35,297 nucleotides of DNA from NCBI GenBank assembly GCA_044343155.1, contig JAVZSS010000003.1, positions 1 to 35,297 on the forward strand, read 5' to 3'. Each line of letters opens with the position of its first letter. Within the stretch, counting starts at the first letter, position 1. The position numbers were made by a program, and so were the translations under genes. This stretch comes from Candidatus Aenigmatarchaeota archaeon (GTDB lineage Archaea; Aenigmatarchaeota; Aenigmatarchaeia; CG10238-14; SpSt-28). Below, one piece after another: positions 10,723 through 20,539 of this stretch. The notes under the pieces are model-generated. The model worked only from the letters and a program-made list of their open reading frames with translations, did not search any database and had not been told where the DNA came from.

Positions 10723-11126
10723 TATCTAACCACCACATTATCAACACCGTAGTTCCTTTTCAAAATTTTTCTTAGAGCATTTATATTTCTTCCATTCTTA
10801 CCTATAACTTTACTTTTATATAAATTATCAACACTTATTTCAACAATTTTTTTATCCTTCTCGTTTCTTATTTTAATCTCTCTAACATTTTTAATCGAAG
10901 ACTTTAAAAATTCTATGAGATTTGGATTATAATTAAATATAACTATCTTTTTTTTCATCATATTCTCCAAAGTTCTCAACACACCATTATTTTCAATTTT
11001 TTGATGACTATCAAGAAGAAAATAGATACAATCTTCAAAAATTAAACAATCTTTAACACTTAAATGTGTAATAGACTCAAATAAATGTATCATTCTTATC
11101 GTTTCTGTATCTAAGGTAATTTCCAT
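10722..11126 (-). CDS. nusA: Archaeal NusA-like KH-domain protein
   Basis: LFESIT...VKDC N-terminus, [11 protein letters not shown] motif; between L30e and S12. Confidence 0.9.
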   Translation of the reverse strand: MEITLDTETIRMIHLFESITHLSVKDCLIFEDCIYFLLDSHQKIENNGVLRTLENMMKKKIVIFNYNPNLIEFLKSSIKNVREIKIRNEKDKKIVEISVDNLYKSKVIGKNGRNINALRKILKRNYGVDNVVVR

Positions 11127-11136
11127 TTTTACACCT

Positions 11137-11388
11137 CTAAGCTTTTATTGCTATTACTGAAATAGGATATGGCTTTCCACATATAGTTCCCATTTTTTTA
11201 CTTCCTTCTTCAAAAATTTCAACCTTAATATTACTGTTCAAAATAGTTTTTTTTATTTTTTCTGGAGCATTATTTGCAAGAATAACTAATTCTACATTAT
11301 TATTTCTTATAAATTTTAAAACTTCCCTATACCCATAAACTATTTTATTCTCCTTCATCGCTTCTTTTATCTTCTCCACTAGACTCAT
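11137..11388 (-). CDS. rpl30e: 50S ribosomal protein L30e
   Basis: VILANNAP, MGTICGKPYPISV; conserved position after rpoA2. Confidence 0.9.
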   Translation of the reverse strand: MSLVEKIKEAMKENKIVYGYREVLKFIRNNNVELVILANNAPEKIKKTILNSNIKVEIFEEGSKKMGTICGKPYPISVIAIKA

Positions 11389-12478
11389 ATTTGCGTCCCC
11401 TCACAATTAATTCAAACATTCCTGTACCTGTTGGAACGACTTTTCCAATCATTACATTTTCAAACATTCCTTTAAGTTCATCTACTTCTCCTTTAATAGC
11501 TGCTCTAGCTAAATGTTTTATTGTTTCTTCAAAAGCTGCTCTAGCTAGAACTGAATGTTTAGCTCCAGCAACTCCATATCTTCCGATTGACATAATTTCT
11601 CCACTCCATGTCATTACATCAGCCACTATATATAAATATCTCATATTAACATCTAAACCTTGTTCTTGCATGGTTTTATATGCTTCTTTAATTATTAAAT
11701 TTCTCGCAGCCTCTATTCCAAATAACTTATAAACTTCATAAATATCATTAGAATAAGTTCTTGTTTCATCTACTTCTTCATGAGTTAAAATTTTTTCTAA
11801 ATTACTACCGAGAGTTTGAATTATCCAATTGTTTCCTTCATTTCTAACAACAGCAGCAGTTATTCCTTCTATACCCTCAACAACTATATTCAAAATATCA
11901 TCTTTCAATTTTTGTAACTCTATTACACCAATCCCCTCTCTATTTTTTAACTCAACTATAATTTCTTCATCTTTAATCTTAACCTTTACATTCTTTATTT
12001 TTTCTTCAATAATTCTAGAAACCTTTTCACTTTTTCTTTTATCTTTTAGTTCTATGTTAATTGAATAATTAAACAAATCCAAAGAAACTTTTTTTGATAA
12101 ATCATAAATCTTTCTTTCTATAATCTTATTTGCAAATTCCTCTGCTTTCTCTTTACTATTCCATTCCTTTTTTAAGTATATTGTCATCATTGGGGTTTCT
12201 ATTTTTTTCTTTGCATCAAATATTTCAATAAGTCTTGGTAATCCTAATGTAACCTTTATTCCTAAACTACCCGCTACATGATAAGTTCTCATTGTTAATT
12301 GAGTTGCTGGTTCCGCAATAGTTTGAGCAGTTAATATACCTATACTTTCACCTGGCTCAAACCTACATTTCATATATTCTTTTTTCACTTCTTCAATTAG
12401 CTTTTTTCTTTGATTCTCATTTAAATTAAACTCTTGACAAACTTTTTCTATTTCTTCCAAAATTTTCTTAGGCAACAT
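11345..12478 (-). CDS. rpoA2: RNA polymerase subunit A'' (Rpo1C)
   Basis: EPGESIG..AQTIAEPATQLTMRTYH, TLGLPRLIE, SVLARAAFE, ENVMIG...GTG. Confidence 0.97.
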   Translation of the reverse strand: MLPKKILEEIEKVCQEFNLNENQRKKLIEEVKKEYMKCRFEPGESIGILTAQTIAEPATQLTMRTYHVAGSLGIKVTLGLPRLIEIFDAKKKIETPMMTIYLKKEWNSKEKAEEFANKIIERKIYDLSKKVSLDLFNYSINIELKDKRKSEKVSRIIEEKIKNVKVKIKDEEIIVELKNREGIGVIELQKLKDDILNIVVEGIEGITAAVVRNEGNNWIIQTLGSNLEKILTHEEVDETRTYSNDIYEVYKLFGIEAARNLIIKEAYKTMQEQGLDVNMRYLYIVADVMTWSGEIMSIGRYGVAGAKHSVLARAAFEETIKHLARAAIKGEVDELKGMFENVMIGKVVPTGTGMFELIVRGRKYESSGEDKRSDEGE

Positions 12479-15400
12479 TTAAAATCCTCCTCGCTATTTC
12501 TCTTACATTAATTTCTCCTCTAGATACTTTAGAAGGATCTAAACCATCTTCACCAGGAATAAATTGAATTATTCTATTAGCAGAATCTCTAACAGTACCA
12601 TCATAAGCTACTTTAAGATCTTGTAATGCTCCAACTAGTCTTCTTTCCATATATCCAGAATGTCTTGTTTTGAGACTTTTATCCATTAAGCTTTCTCTAG
12701 AGTTCATATTATCAAAAAAGAACTCAAAAACATTTAATCCATCTTTGTAGCCTCTTGCAACAAAACCCTTAGCAGCTAGACTCTTATCATCTAACTTAAA
12801 GTGTGGAAAAGTTCTTCTATAATATCCTCTCTCTATTCTTTTACCCATTATCATTTCTTGACCAATCAATGCACACATTTGTAGTAAGTTAACCATTCCT
12901 CCTCTTGCTCCACATTTTATCATATCTAAAACTTGAGACGGCTTTACCGCTTTTTCAAAGACAGAAGTAACTTCATTTACACAACTTGCAATTCTTTCTT
13001 TAACCATATTTTCTAAGAATTCTTCACCAGCTTTTCCAATCAAGATTGTTAATTCTCCCTTTTTAAACTTTTCAATTATCTCATTCACATCATTCTCAGC
13101 TTTTTCTATAATTTTTTTAATCTCCATTTTTACATTATGCTCAATATCAAGTTCATCTATACCAAAAGTAAGGCCAAACAAATCTAAATAGTTAATTGCC
13201 AGTATCGCTGCTTTATATATAAAATCTTTAGTAAATTTTTTTCCATAATCTTTTTCCATTTTATCAATAATCTTTCCTCCGTCAGCACTAATTCCACTTT
13301 TTTCAATCTCACCTTCTATAAGTTGACCGTTAACAATTTTAACCATTCCTGTTTTTCCTTTATATTCAATAGAAAAATCTTTAGGTAAAAGTAAACTAAA
13401 AACTTCTTTTCCAGTAAACCATTCTTTATTTGGGATTTCTATATTTTGATCAACACTCCTTATAAGCTTTACAACATCTTCTCTTCTTAATCTAACTCCA
13501 TCTTTTGTTAACAAATATAAACCTGTGATTTCGTCTCTAATTAAACCAATAATAGCTGACGAATATCTAGGACTTCTTATATTTTTTTCTACAGAAGCCA
13601 AAATTTCTATCTCTGCTCTAGCTTCTGCTGTTTGAGGAATATGTAAGTTCATTTCATCTCCATCAAAATCTGCATTATACGGTGTACAAACTGCAACATT
13701 TAATCTAAATGTTTGATATGGCATTACTCTCACTTTATGGCTCATCATACTCATTCTATGTAAACTAGGTTGCCTATTAAAAATTGCTATATCTCCATCA
13801 ATCAAATGTCTTTCAACAACATAACCTATATCCAACTCCTTAGCAATTTCTTCCTTATTACTTTCCATAATCTTTTTTCTTCTTCCATCTGGCTTTATAA
13901 CATAATTTGCACCCGGCCAAATATTTGGTCCATTCAATACATATTTTCTTAATTCCTCTATATTTTCTGCAGTAACTTTTACAGGAACTGTTAGCTCTTT
14001 TGCTATAACTAAAGGTACGCCAACTTCATCCACTCCAATTCTAGGATCTGGTGAAATAACTGTTCTTGCAGAAAAATTAACTCTTTTTCCTAAAAGATTA
14101 CCCCTAAATCTTCCTTCTTTAGTTTTAAGTCTTTGAGTTAAAGCTTTTAAAACTCTTCCAGATCTATGTCTTGCTGGTGGTACACCAGTTAGTTCATTAT
14201 CTATATAAGTAGCTACATGATATTGTAAAAGTTCCCATAAATCGTTTAACAAAAATTCTGGAGCACCCAATTCTAAATTTTCTCTAAATCTATCATTAAT
14301 CCTAACTATTTCAACCAATTTATGTGTTAAATCATCTTCACTTCTTTCTCCAGTTTCTAATGTTATAGAAGGTCTAACCGTTACTGGAGGTATAGGTAGA
14401 ATAGTTATAACTAACCATTCGGGCCTACTTTTTATTCCAAGGATTTCTAAATCTTCATTTGTAATTTTTTCTAATCTTTCTCTAATTTCAATAGGATTTA
14501 GTACTTTATTTCCTTCAACAAAAGTATAGGGTTTTATAAAATCAATATTTTTTTGCTCCGTTTTACAATATGGACATTTTTTTGATATATACTTATTTAT
14601 TTCACTCCAAGAAATTTTCTTTTTCTTTAATTCTTCCAATTTTTCTTTTTCTATAAGTAACCTACTACATTTTCTACATATTATTTGAAGTAAAAAGTGA
14701 ATAAACTTGGAATAGTGCGGATGTATTACAGGCTTTACTAACTCCAAATGACCAAAATGACCTGGACACTCCCCAATATTTCCTCCACATACTCTACATC
14801 TTATTGATGGCTCTATAGTTCCTAATCTCGGATCCATTATTCCTCCTTCAATTGGATAACCTTCTTCATCATAAATATCTATTTTTGTTATTTTTGCAAA
14901 AGACATCTTCATTATAGTTTCAGGATCTAGTATTCTAAACTCTATTTTTGTTATTTCTCCTTCTTCATCAACAACTAACTTCGGATAAATTAACATACTT
15001 TTTAACTCATCTAACATTAGTTTAAAAGCATAACTCATTTCAACAACAACTATTTCTGCTTTATCTCCATCAATAGGACAAAAATATCTGTTTTTTATTT
15101 TATCATGAACTGCAACCATACCACATTCTCTACAAATAGGTAAAGCAATTTTATCAGAATCAAATCTTTCTTTTAGTGTTAATACAGCACCATGAGCTAA
15201 TAAACAATCTTTTTCCATTTCACCCAATCTTAAACCACCTTCTTTACTTCTTCCTTCTGTTGGTTGTCGTGTTAAAAGTGTAACTGGTCCGCGTGCTCTT
15301 GCTTGAATTTTATTTGAAACTAAATGGTCAAGTTTCATATAATAGGAGCAACCAATAAATATCTCAACAAGAAACTTTCTTCCCGTCTTCCCATCATACA

Positions 15401-16766
15401 TAACTTCTTTTCCACTCTCTTTAAAACCTAGTCTTTTAAGCGTTTCCCTAAGTTCTTCTTCTCTAGTTGGATTAAAGGCGGGAGCATCTATGAATCTAGC
15501 AGATATTGCACCCACTTTTCCGCCTAATATTTCTAAAAGTTGACCAACAGTCATTCTACTTGGTAGTCCGTGGGGATTGAAAATTATATCAGGAATTATT
15601 CCACTCTCTGTAAATGGCATATCTGCAGGATCAGCAACTAATCCAATAACTCCCTTTTGACCATGTCTAGATGCAAACTTATCACCAATTTCTGGTTTTT
15701 TAAGGTCTCTAACAACAACTTTAACTAATTTTGTACCGTCTGCTGTTTGTGTTATATAAACTCGATCTACAAAACCTTTTTCTGCATGCCTCATCCTAAT
15801 AGAGGATTCCCTTAAATTTTCAGCTCCAATTAAAAATTTCTCACTTTTACCTAAAAATCTTAATGGAGAAGTTCTCCCAATTAAAACTTGATCAGAAGAA
15901 ACATAAGTTTCAGGATTTACTATCCCATCTTCTGGTAAATGTTTATATTCTTCTTCACCAGCATAACCCCTTATACCAGGTTGTGGAATACCAATAACAT
16001 CTTGCTGTCCTCCCATGTAAATTTTTTCTTCAGCTTCATATGTTCTAAACATATAACTCCAAAACATTCCCCTTTCAAGGGAAGCTCTATTTATTACAAT
16101 AGCATCTTCTATGTTATATCCTTCAAAAGTAGCTATAGCAACAACAACATTAATACCATGGGCATATTCATCTGAATTAGAAATTTTGTTTATATATGTT
16201 TGAACTATAGGTTTTTGAGGATATACCAAAATGTTCGACTTACTATCTACTCTACTTAAAAAGTTGTGAGCAAAAACACCAATAGCTTGATCGTTCATCT
16301 TAGAGCCATAATTAACTCTATCTCCTCTATTAAATCCTGGATATGGAACAAAAGACGCAGAAAAACCAAAAATTACAGCAGGATCTATCTCCAAATGAGT
16401 ATGTTCTTTTGTAACTTCATTTGGATTGACAGCTATATATGTATTTTCTTCTTCTTCCGTATCAAGAAATTCAATTATTCCGTTTTTAACTAAATCAAAG
16501 AATGTTAATTCTCCTTTTTTCACTTTTTCTAAAATTTCGGGTGTTAATTTTGGTTCACCATTTTCAACTATAATCAATGGTCTAATAACTCTTCCTGCAG
16601 AAGATAGTATTCTTACTTCATCCAAATCTTTATGATAAGCAATATTTACCGTATACGGAATTTTCCCCTCCCTTCTCAATTTCCTGAATTCTTTTACAAA
16701 ATCCTCAGGATTCTCTATTCTTCCTAAATATTTTCCGTTTAAAAACAAATCAGCCACTTTTTTCAC
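12468..16766 (-). CDS. Fused RNA polymerase subunits B' (Rpo2C) and A' (Rpo1N)
   Basis: Residues 1-599 contain GYNIEDA, GDKFASRHGQKG and GLRLGEMEKD. Residues ~605-1432 contain CPGHFGH, GKRVNFSARTVI, NRQPSLH and YNADFDGDEMN. Single open frame. Confidence 0.93.
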   Translation of the reverse strand: MKKVADLFLNGKYLGRIENPEDFVKEFRKLRREGKIPYTVNIAYHKDLDEVRILSSAGRVIRPLIIVENGEPKLTPEILEKVKKGELTFFDLVKNGIIEFLDTEEEENTYIAVNPNEVTKEHTHLEIDPAVIFGFSASFVPYPGFNRGDRVNYGSKMNDQAIGVFAHNFLSRVDSKSNILVYPQKPIVQTYINKISNSDEYAHGINVVVAIATFEGYNIEDAIVINRASLERGMFWSYMFRTYEAEEKIYMGGQQDVIGIPQPGIRGYAGEEEYKHLPEDGIVNPETYVSSDQVLIGRTSPLRFLGKSEKFLIGAENLRESSIRMRHAEKGFVDRVYITQTADGTKLVKVVVRDLKKPEIGDKFASRHGQKGVIGLVADPADMPFTESGIIPDIIFNPHGLPSRMTVGQLLEILGGKVGAISARFIDAPAFNPTREEELRETLKRLGFKESGKEVMYDGKTGRKFLVEIFIGCSYYMKLDHLVSNKIQARARGPVTLLTRQPTEGRSKEGGLRLGEMEKDCLLAHGAVLTLKERFDSDKIALPICRECGMVAVHDKIKNRYFCPIDGDKAEIVVVEMSYAFKLMLDELKSMLIYPKLVVDEEGEITKIEFRILDPETIMKMSFAKITKIDIYDEEGYPIEGGIMDPRLGTIEPSIRCRVCGGNIGECPGHFGHLELVKPVIHPHYSKFIHFLLQIICRKCSRLLIEKEKLEELKKKKISWSEINKYISKKCPYCKTEQKNIDFIKPYTFVEGNKVLNPIEIRERLEKITNEDLEILGIKSRPEWLVITILPIPPVTVRPSITLETGERSEDDLTHKLVEIVRINDRFRENLELGAPEFLLNDLWELLQYHVATYIDNELTGVPPARHRSGRVLKALTQRLKTKEGRFRGNLLGKRVNFSARTVISPDPRIGVDEVGVPLVIAKELTVPVKVTAENIEELRKYVLNGPNIWPGANYVIKPDGRRKKIMESNKEEIAKELDIGYVVERHLIDGDIAIFNRQPSLHRMSMMSHKVRVMPYQTFRLNVAVCTPYNADFDGDEMNLHIPQTAEARAEIEILASVEKNIRSPRYSSAIIGLIRDEITGLYLLTKDGVRLRREDVVKLIRSVDQNIEIPNKEWFTGKEVFSLLLPKDFSIEYKGKTGMVKIVNGQLIEGEIEKSGISADGGKIIDKMEKDYGKKFTKDFIYKAAILAINYLDLFGLTFGIDELDIEHNVKMEIKKIIEKAENDVNEIIEKFKKGELTILIGKAGEEFLENMVKERIASCVNEVTSVFEKAVKPSQVLDMIKCGARGGMVNLLQMCALIGQEMIMGKRIERGYYRRTFPHFKLDDKSLAAKGFVARGYKDGLNVFEFFFDNMNSRESLMDKSLKTRHSGYMERRLVGALQDLKVAYDGTVRDSANRIIQFIPGEDGLDPSKVSRGEINVREIARRILNVA

Positions 16767-18240
16767 CTCTCATTAAATTTTTTATTATTGGCATTAACTG
16801 TTTTTCTTCAACTTCTGTAGTTATAGATGCAGAAATTGCCAAATATTTTCTTAACCCAATATTAGCACCTTCTGGAGTTTGAGTCGCACAAAGTTTACCA
16901 AAATGAGTGGGATGTAATTCTCTTGCTTCAAAATGTTCTTGAGCTGAAGAAAGCGGAGAAACTACACTTCTCATATGAGTAATTGTTTTTGTCCAACTAC
17001 TTCTTTCTAACCTTTGAGTAACTCCAGTTCTACCTCCAATCCAAGTTCCAACTGCCATAGCAGAGACTATTTGATTTGTTAATATCGTACTTTCAACAAC
17101 AGATTGTAATGGTGGTAACTTACCTTTTTTAGTTAATTTTTGGTAATTGTAATTCATCCTAACAACTAAACCCCACTTCCCTAAAAGAATTGACCTTAAT
17201 AATAATTCTAGCAAATCTCCGGACATTTTAATTCTTTTGTTTGAATAATGATCGACATCATCTTCTTCAATTAATCCAAAATGTAGTCTAATCATTTTTT
17301 CTATAGCTTTAGCTAAGAAAAATGCTTTTGTTAACCTATTTTCTGGCTCTTGTCCTAAATGAGGTAATAAATATTTGTCAATCATCTTTACTGCTTGTTT
17401 CCTTCTAACACTCTTTTGTGGTATCTTTAAAAATTTTCCAAGCTCATCTAAAGCTTCGTTTGAATCTTTGATAGGATATTCAAACACATTAACTAAAAAC
17501 GCTTCTTGAATTCTTTCATCTAGAGAAATAGCTTCAATTAAATCTTTATCCCTTTCTAAACCAAGAGCTTTTAATATTATTACAATTGGTATTCTTAAAA
17601 CATTTGCAAAAGTTATATAAATTTCTCCAGTTCTTTTTCTTTCAAGCAAATGTTTCTGAATAAATCCTTCTTTTTCTGAATGAATTCTCGCTTTTTCTGT
17701 AATTGAACCTTCGCTTGATTTTTCAACAATTATTCTATCAGTAGCTATTTCTTCAACTAGCATTAAAATCCTTTCAGTTCCATTAATAATAAAATAACCA
17801 CCAGGATCATTAGGATCTTCTCCAGCTTCGATTAACTCTTTTTCACTCATTTTAGAAAGAAAACAATATTTTGATTTTACCATAATTGGTAAATCTCCTA
17901 TTTCAACCATAATTGGTTTATTTTCAATTCCATTTAAAATTTGAGTCATTTCTACGTACATAGGTGCAGCATAAGTTAAATTTCTTATTCTTGCTTCAGA
18001 TGGTAAAATAGCTCTAACAGAACCATCTGCTTCCTTAACCCTAGGATAACCCAACTCAAATTTTCCTAATTTTATTTCAAGTTCGCCAACTTCTGGCAAT
18101 TCAGGCCTAATTTTTCCTATACTTTTAATTATTTTTGGTATTCTTCTTTCTACAAAATCATTAAAAGATTCTATCTGAAAATTAACTAAACCTTTTTCTT
18201 GTAAATAGGATTTCATTAATATTGGAAATGCTTCATTCAT
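16750..18240 (-). CDS. rpoB2: RNA polymerase subunit B'' (Rpo2N)
   Basis: QIESFNDF, EARIRNLTYAAP, DPGGYFIINGTE, TPEGANIGL. Confidence 0.97.
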   Translation of the reverse strand: MNEAFPILMKSYLQEKGLVNFQIESFNDFVERRIPKIIKSIGKIRPELPEVGELEIKLGKFELGYPRVKEADGSVRAILPSEARIRNLTYAAPMYVEMTQILNGIENKPIMVEIGDLPIMVKSKYCFLSKMSEKELIEAGEDPNDPGGYFIINGTERILMLVEEIATDRIIVEKSSEGSITEKARIHSEKEGFIQKHLLERKRTGEIYITFANVLRIPIVIILKALGLERDKDLIEAISLDERIQEAFLVNVFEYPIKDSNEALDELGKFLKIPQKSVRRKQAVKMIDKYLLPHLGQEPENRLTKAFFLAKAIEKMIRLHFGLIEEDDVDHYSNKRIKMSGDLLELLLRSILLGKWGLVVRMNYNYQKLTKKGKLPPLQSVVESTILTNQIVSAMAVGTWIGGRTGVTQRLERSSWTKTITHMRSVVSPLSSAQEHFEARELHPTHFGKLCATQTPEGANIGLRKYLAISASITTEVEEKQLMPIIKNLMRGEKSG

Positions 18241-18483
18241 CTAATCTCCCCTTTCAATAACAACTCTATAATAAACTGTTTCTCCACTAATTTCACTCTT
18301 TCTTATAATTTTTATAACATCTCCGGGCTTTGCTCCTAACAACTTTACTTGTGGATCATTAGAAAATATCCTAGGAAAATTCTTTAAAGAGCCGTATGTT
18401 TCAATTAACTTCTTTTTCTCTTCTTCACTAACAATTTCATGCTTAGGAACTAAGAAATGCTTAGAAACATCTATTTTTTTCAT
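18241..18483 (-). CDS. rpoH: RNA polymerase subunit H (Rpo5)
   Basis: HFLVPKHE, PRI..NDP, GDVIKIIRKS, YYRVV; ATG 18483 preferred. Confidence 0.96.
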   Translation of the reverse strand: MKKIDVSKHFLVPKHEIVSEEEKKKLIETYGSLKNFPRIFSNDPQVKLLGAKPGDVIKIIRKSEISGETVYYRVVIERGD

Positions 18484-18547
18484 TTCCCCACCCAATTTAA
18501 TATTTAGCAGCTAAAATTTTAAATGATTTAAATATTTATAAATTTAT

Positions 18548-19570
18548 CTATAGCCCATATTTATAAAGAGTAGATTCTTCAGGCTTAACAATCCATCTAT
18601 CAACTTTTCTATTTATATTTTTAAGTATGACTATTCTTGCACTCTCATCTTCATCCATATATTCAAACTCTTCTAGATTTTCTTTCAATTTATTCATCCA
18701 TTTTTTTATTTCCTCTAAAGTTACCATATTTTCTTCTTTTAGCTTAGATTTAGAATATCCAACGTGCATATAAGATTTAATTTCAACAAAATGTGGATTT
18801 GCTTTTTTTATTAATTCTGCAAAACCTTTTATTTCTTCAAAATTATCGTTTATTCCTTTAATTAATGTAATTCTAATAACCGTTCTAGTTGATATTCTAG
18901 AAATTAATTCTAGACTTTTATTAAATCTTTCCCAAGAATCTTTAAGAAGAGGTACGTTTACTTTTTTAAAAGTTTCATAATTTCCAGCATTCATCGAAAG
19001 ATAGAGTTGGGTTGGGAGAGAATTTTCTTTTTCCAATCTTTCCAACATTTCTGGCTCTTGACCATTAGTAACTAAGAATATAGATTTTGTTAAACGTAAA
19101 GATTTTAAATATCTAATCATTTCCGGCAATTTTGGATAAAGTGTTGGCTCACCCATTAAAGAAATTGCAAAATGTGTTGGTGTTTTTGATTCTTCATACA
19201 ATTCTCTAATAACTTTTTCATTTCCTCCAAAACCAGTAAGCAACTGATTTCTTATTTTTAGTAAATTCTCAATTATTTCCTTAGGATCATCTACTTCATC
19301 TTCTCCCATTTTTATTGTTTCATAAAATTCTGTTGGCCTCCAACAATATACGCATCTATTATGACAATACAAACCTGCCGGAGAAAACTCCATACATCTA
19401 TGCGTCTCTACCCCAAAAAATTTTCTTTTGTAACAAACTTTTTCTCCTTTTAGAGACTTTTTAGTATAATGGCATATATCAACTACAGAATGACCAAAAA
19501 CTCCATACTGGGCTTTTTTTAATTTTTTCTTAAATTCTTCTCCAATTCTTAATTTTTCCTTTCCTTCCAT
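18548..19570 (-). CDS. taw1: 4-demethylwyosine synthase (TYW1/Taw1 radical SAM)
   Basis: CYKRKFFG..HRC, CHNRCVYCWR, HFAISLMGEPTLY, EIKSYMHVG. Confidence 0.94.
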   Translation of the reverse strand: MEGKEKLRIGEEFKKKLKKAQYGVFGHSVVDICHYTKKSLKGEKVCYKRKFFGVETHRCMEFSPAGLYCHNRCVYCWRPTEFYETIKMGEDEVDDPKEIIENLLKIRNQLLTGFGGNEKVIRELYEESKTPTHFAISLMGEPTLYPKLPEMIRYLKSLRLTKSIFLVTNGQEPEMLERLEKENSLPTQLYLSMNAGNYETFKKVNVPLLKDSWERFNKSLELISRISTRTVIRITLIKGINDNFEEIKGFAELIKKANPHFVEIKSYMHVGYSKSKLKEENMVTLEEIKKWMNKLKENLEEFEYMDEDESARIVILKNINRKVDRWIVKPEESTLYKYGL

Positions 19571-19605
19571 AATCTATATAATATTCAAAAAAATTAACAT
19601 ATATA

Positions 19606-19881
19606 ATGGAAGTTATTAGAGTTATTGTTCATGGTAAAGTCCAAGGAATTGGGTATAGAAACTTTGTAAAATCTTACGCAAAAATGTTGGGTTTAAAGGG
19701 ATATGTTAGAAATCTACCGAAAGATAAAGTAGAAGCTGTATTTGCTGGAAAAAAGGAAGATATAGAAAAAATAATAGAAATAATGACAACTTCTCACCCT
19801 TTAGCAAAAATCACAAAAATTGAAAAAGAAAGACTAGATGTTCAAGAAATAAACTTTAAAGATTTTGAAATTCTTTTTTAA
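19606..19881 (+). CDS. acyP: Acylphosphatase
   Basis: GKVQGIGYR and GYVRNL motifs. Confidence 0.94.
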   Translation: MEVIRVIVHGKVQGIGYRNFVKSYAKMLGLKGYVRNLPKDKVEAVFAGKKEDIEKIIEIMTTSHPLAKITKIEKERLDVQEINFKDFEILF

Positions 19882-19890
19882 TTATAGGAT

Positions 19891-19980
19891 GCTCCCCTCG
19901 TCTAGCCCGGTCAAGGACACAGCCCTCTCGAGGCTGTAACGCGGGTTCAAAAGCTTATGCTGAAAATCCCGCGGGGAGCA
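19891..19980 (+). tRNA. tRNA-Glu(CTC) with a 15-nt intron at 59/60 (19952-19966)
   Basis: Acceptor GCTCCCC/GGGGAGC; anticodon arm CAGCC-CTCTCGA-GGCTG; T stem GCGGG/CCCGC; removing the intron restores TTCAAAT. Confidence 0.93.
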
Positions 19981-20025
19981 TCCACTAATTATCCTATGCC
20001 CATACGTGGAGCATCCTTATCTATT

Positions 20026-20052
20026 TTACAAAAAAGAAAAAGAAAGAAAAAA
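20026..20052 (-). terminator. Oligo-T archaeal terminator-like tract
   Basis: TTTTTTCTTTCTTTTTCTTTTTTG on the minus strand directly after the stop of 20053..20340. Confidence 0.5.
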
Positions 20053-20340
20053 TTATTTTTCAATGAAAGCTTCATAGACTACAAACAGTGTTCCTACTAA
20101 TGCAAATATCCATCCTAAGATTTCAAAGAGCTGAGCTAATCCTGTCCAAACTTGAATTCCTAAATAACCAGATAATGAAGTTGCTACTGGAAACGTTCCT
20201 GCGAATAAGAATAGTATTCCAGCTAATGTTAACCAATTGAACCCTTTTTTAGCTATATTCCTGAACTTTAGATATTCTGCAAATACTGTAGCTAAGAGAA
20301 AGGCAATTCCTAGATCAATTAAACCACCAAAGATTGCCAT
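20053..20340 (-). CDS. Small membrane protein (about 3 TM), unknown function
   Basis: 95-aa hydrophobic ORF, GGTGA SD upstream, T-rich tract downstream. Confidence 0.8.
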   Translation of the reverse strand: MAIFGGLIDLGIAFLLATVFAEYLKFRNIAKKGFNWLTLAGILFLFAGTFPVATSLSGYLGIQVWTGLAQLFEILGWIFALVGTLFVVYEAFIEK

Positions 20341-20446
20341 TGTCTCACCAATTTAAAGTTAACTATACAATTTAAAAATCAAAAAGAAACCAATTACCAC
20401 AAAAAAATAGTAAAAAGGGGAAGAAAAAAACATGTTTAGTTTAGTT

Positions 20447-20539
20447 TTATTCTTCTTCCCATTCTTCTTCTGTTTCTTCGTCCCAGTCTTCTTCTTCCCA
20501 GTCCTCTATTTCTTCTTCTTCATCCCATTCTTCTTCCAT
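20447..20539 (-). CDS. 30-aa hyper-acidic Trp-containing peptide MEEEWDEEEEIEDWEEEDWDEETEEEWEEE
   Basis: Below ORF-track cutoff; AGGTGA SD just upstream of ATG, TATA-like elements upstream, T-tracts downstream. Confidence 0.75.
   Translation of the reverse strand: MEEEWDEEEEIEDWEEEDWDEETEEEWEEE

Noticed and set aside
11345-11388. 44-nt overlap of rpoA2 with rpl30e as a possible frameshift or fusion
   Set aside because: Both proteins look complete; overlaps are common in this compact operon
20447-20539. (TTC)n tract as a microsatellite or CRISPR-like repeat
   Set aside because: No repeat-spacer structure; in-frame codon pattern with SD, start and stop fits a peptide gene. No CRISPR array, transposase or integrase was seen in the window
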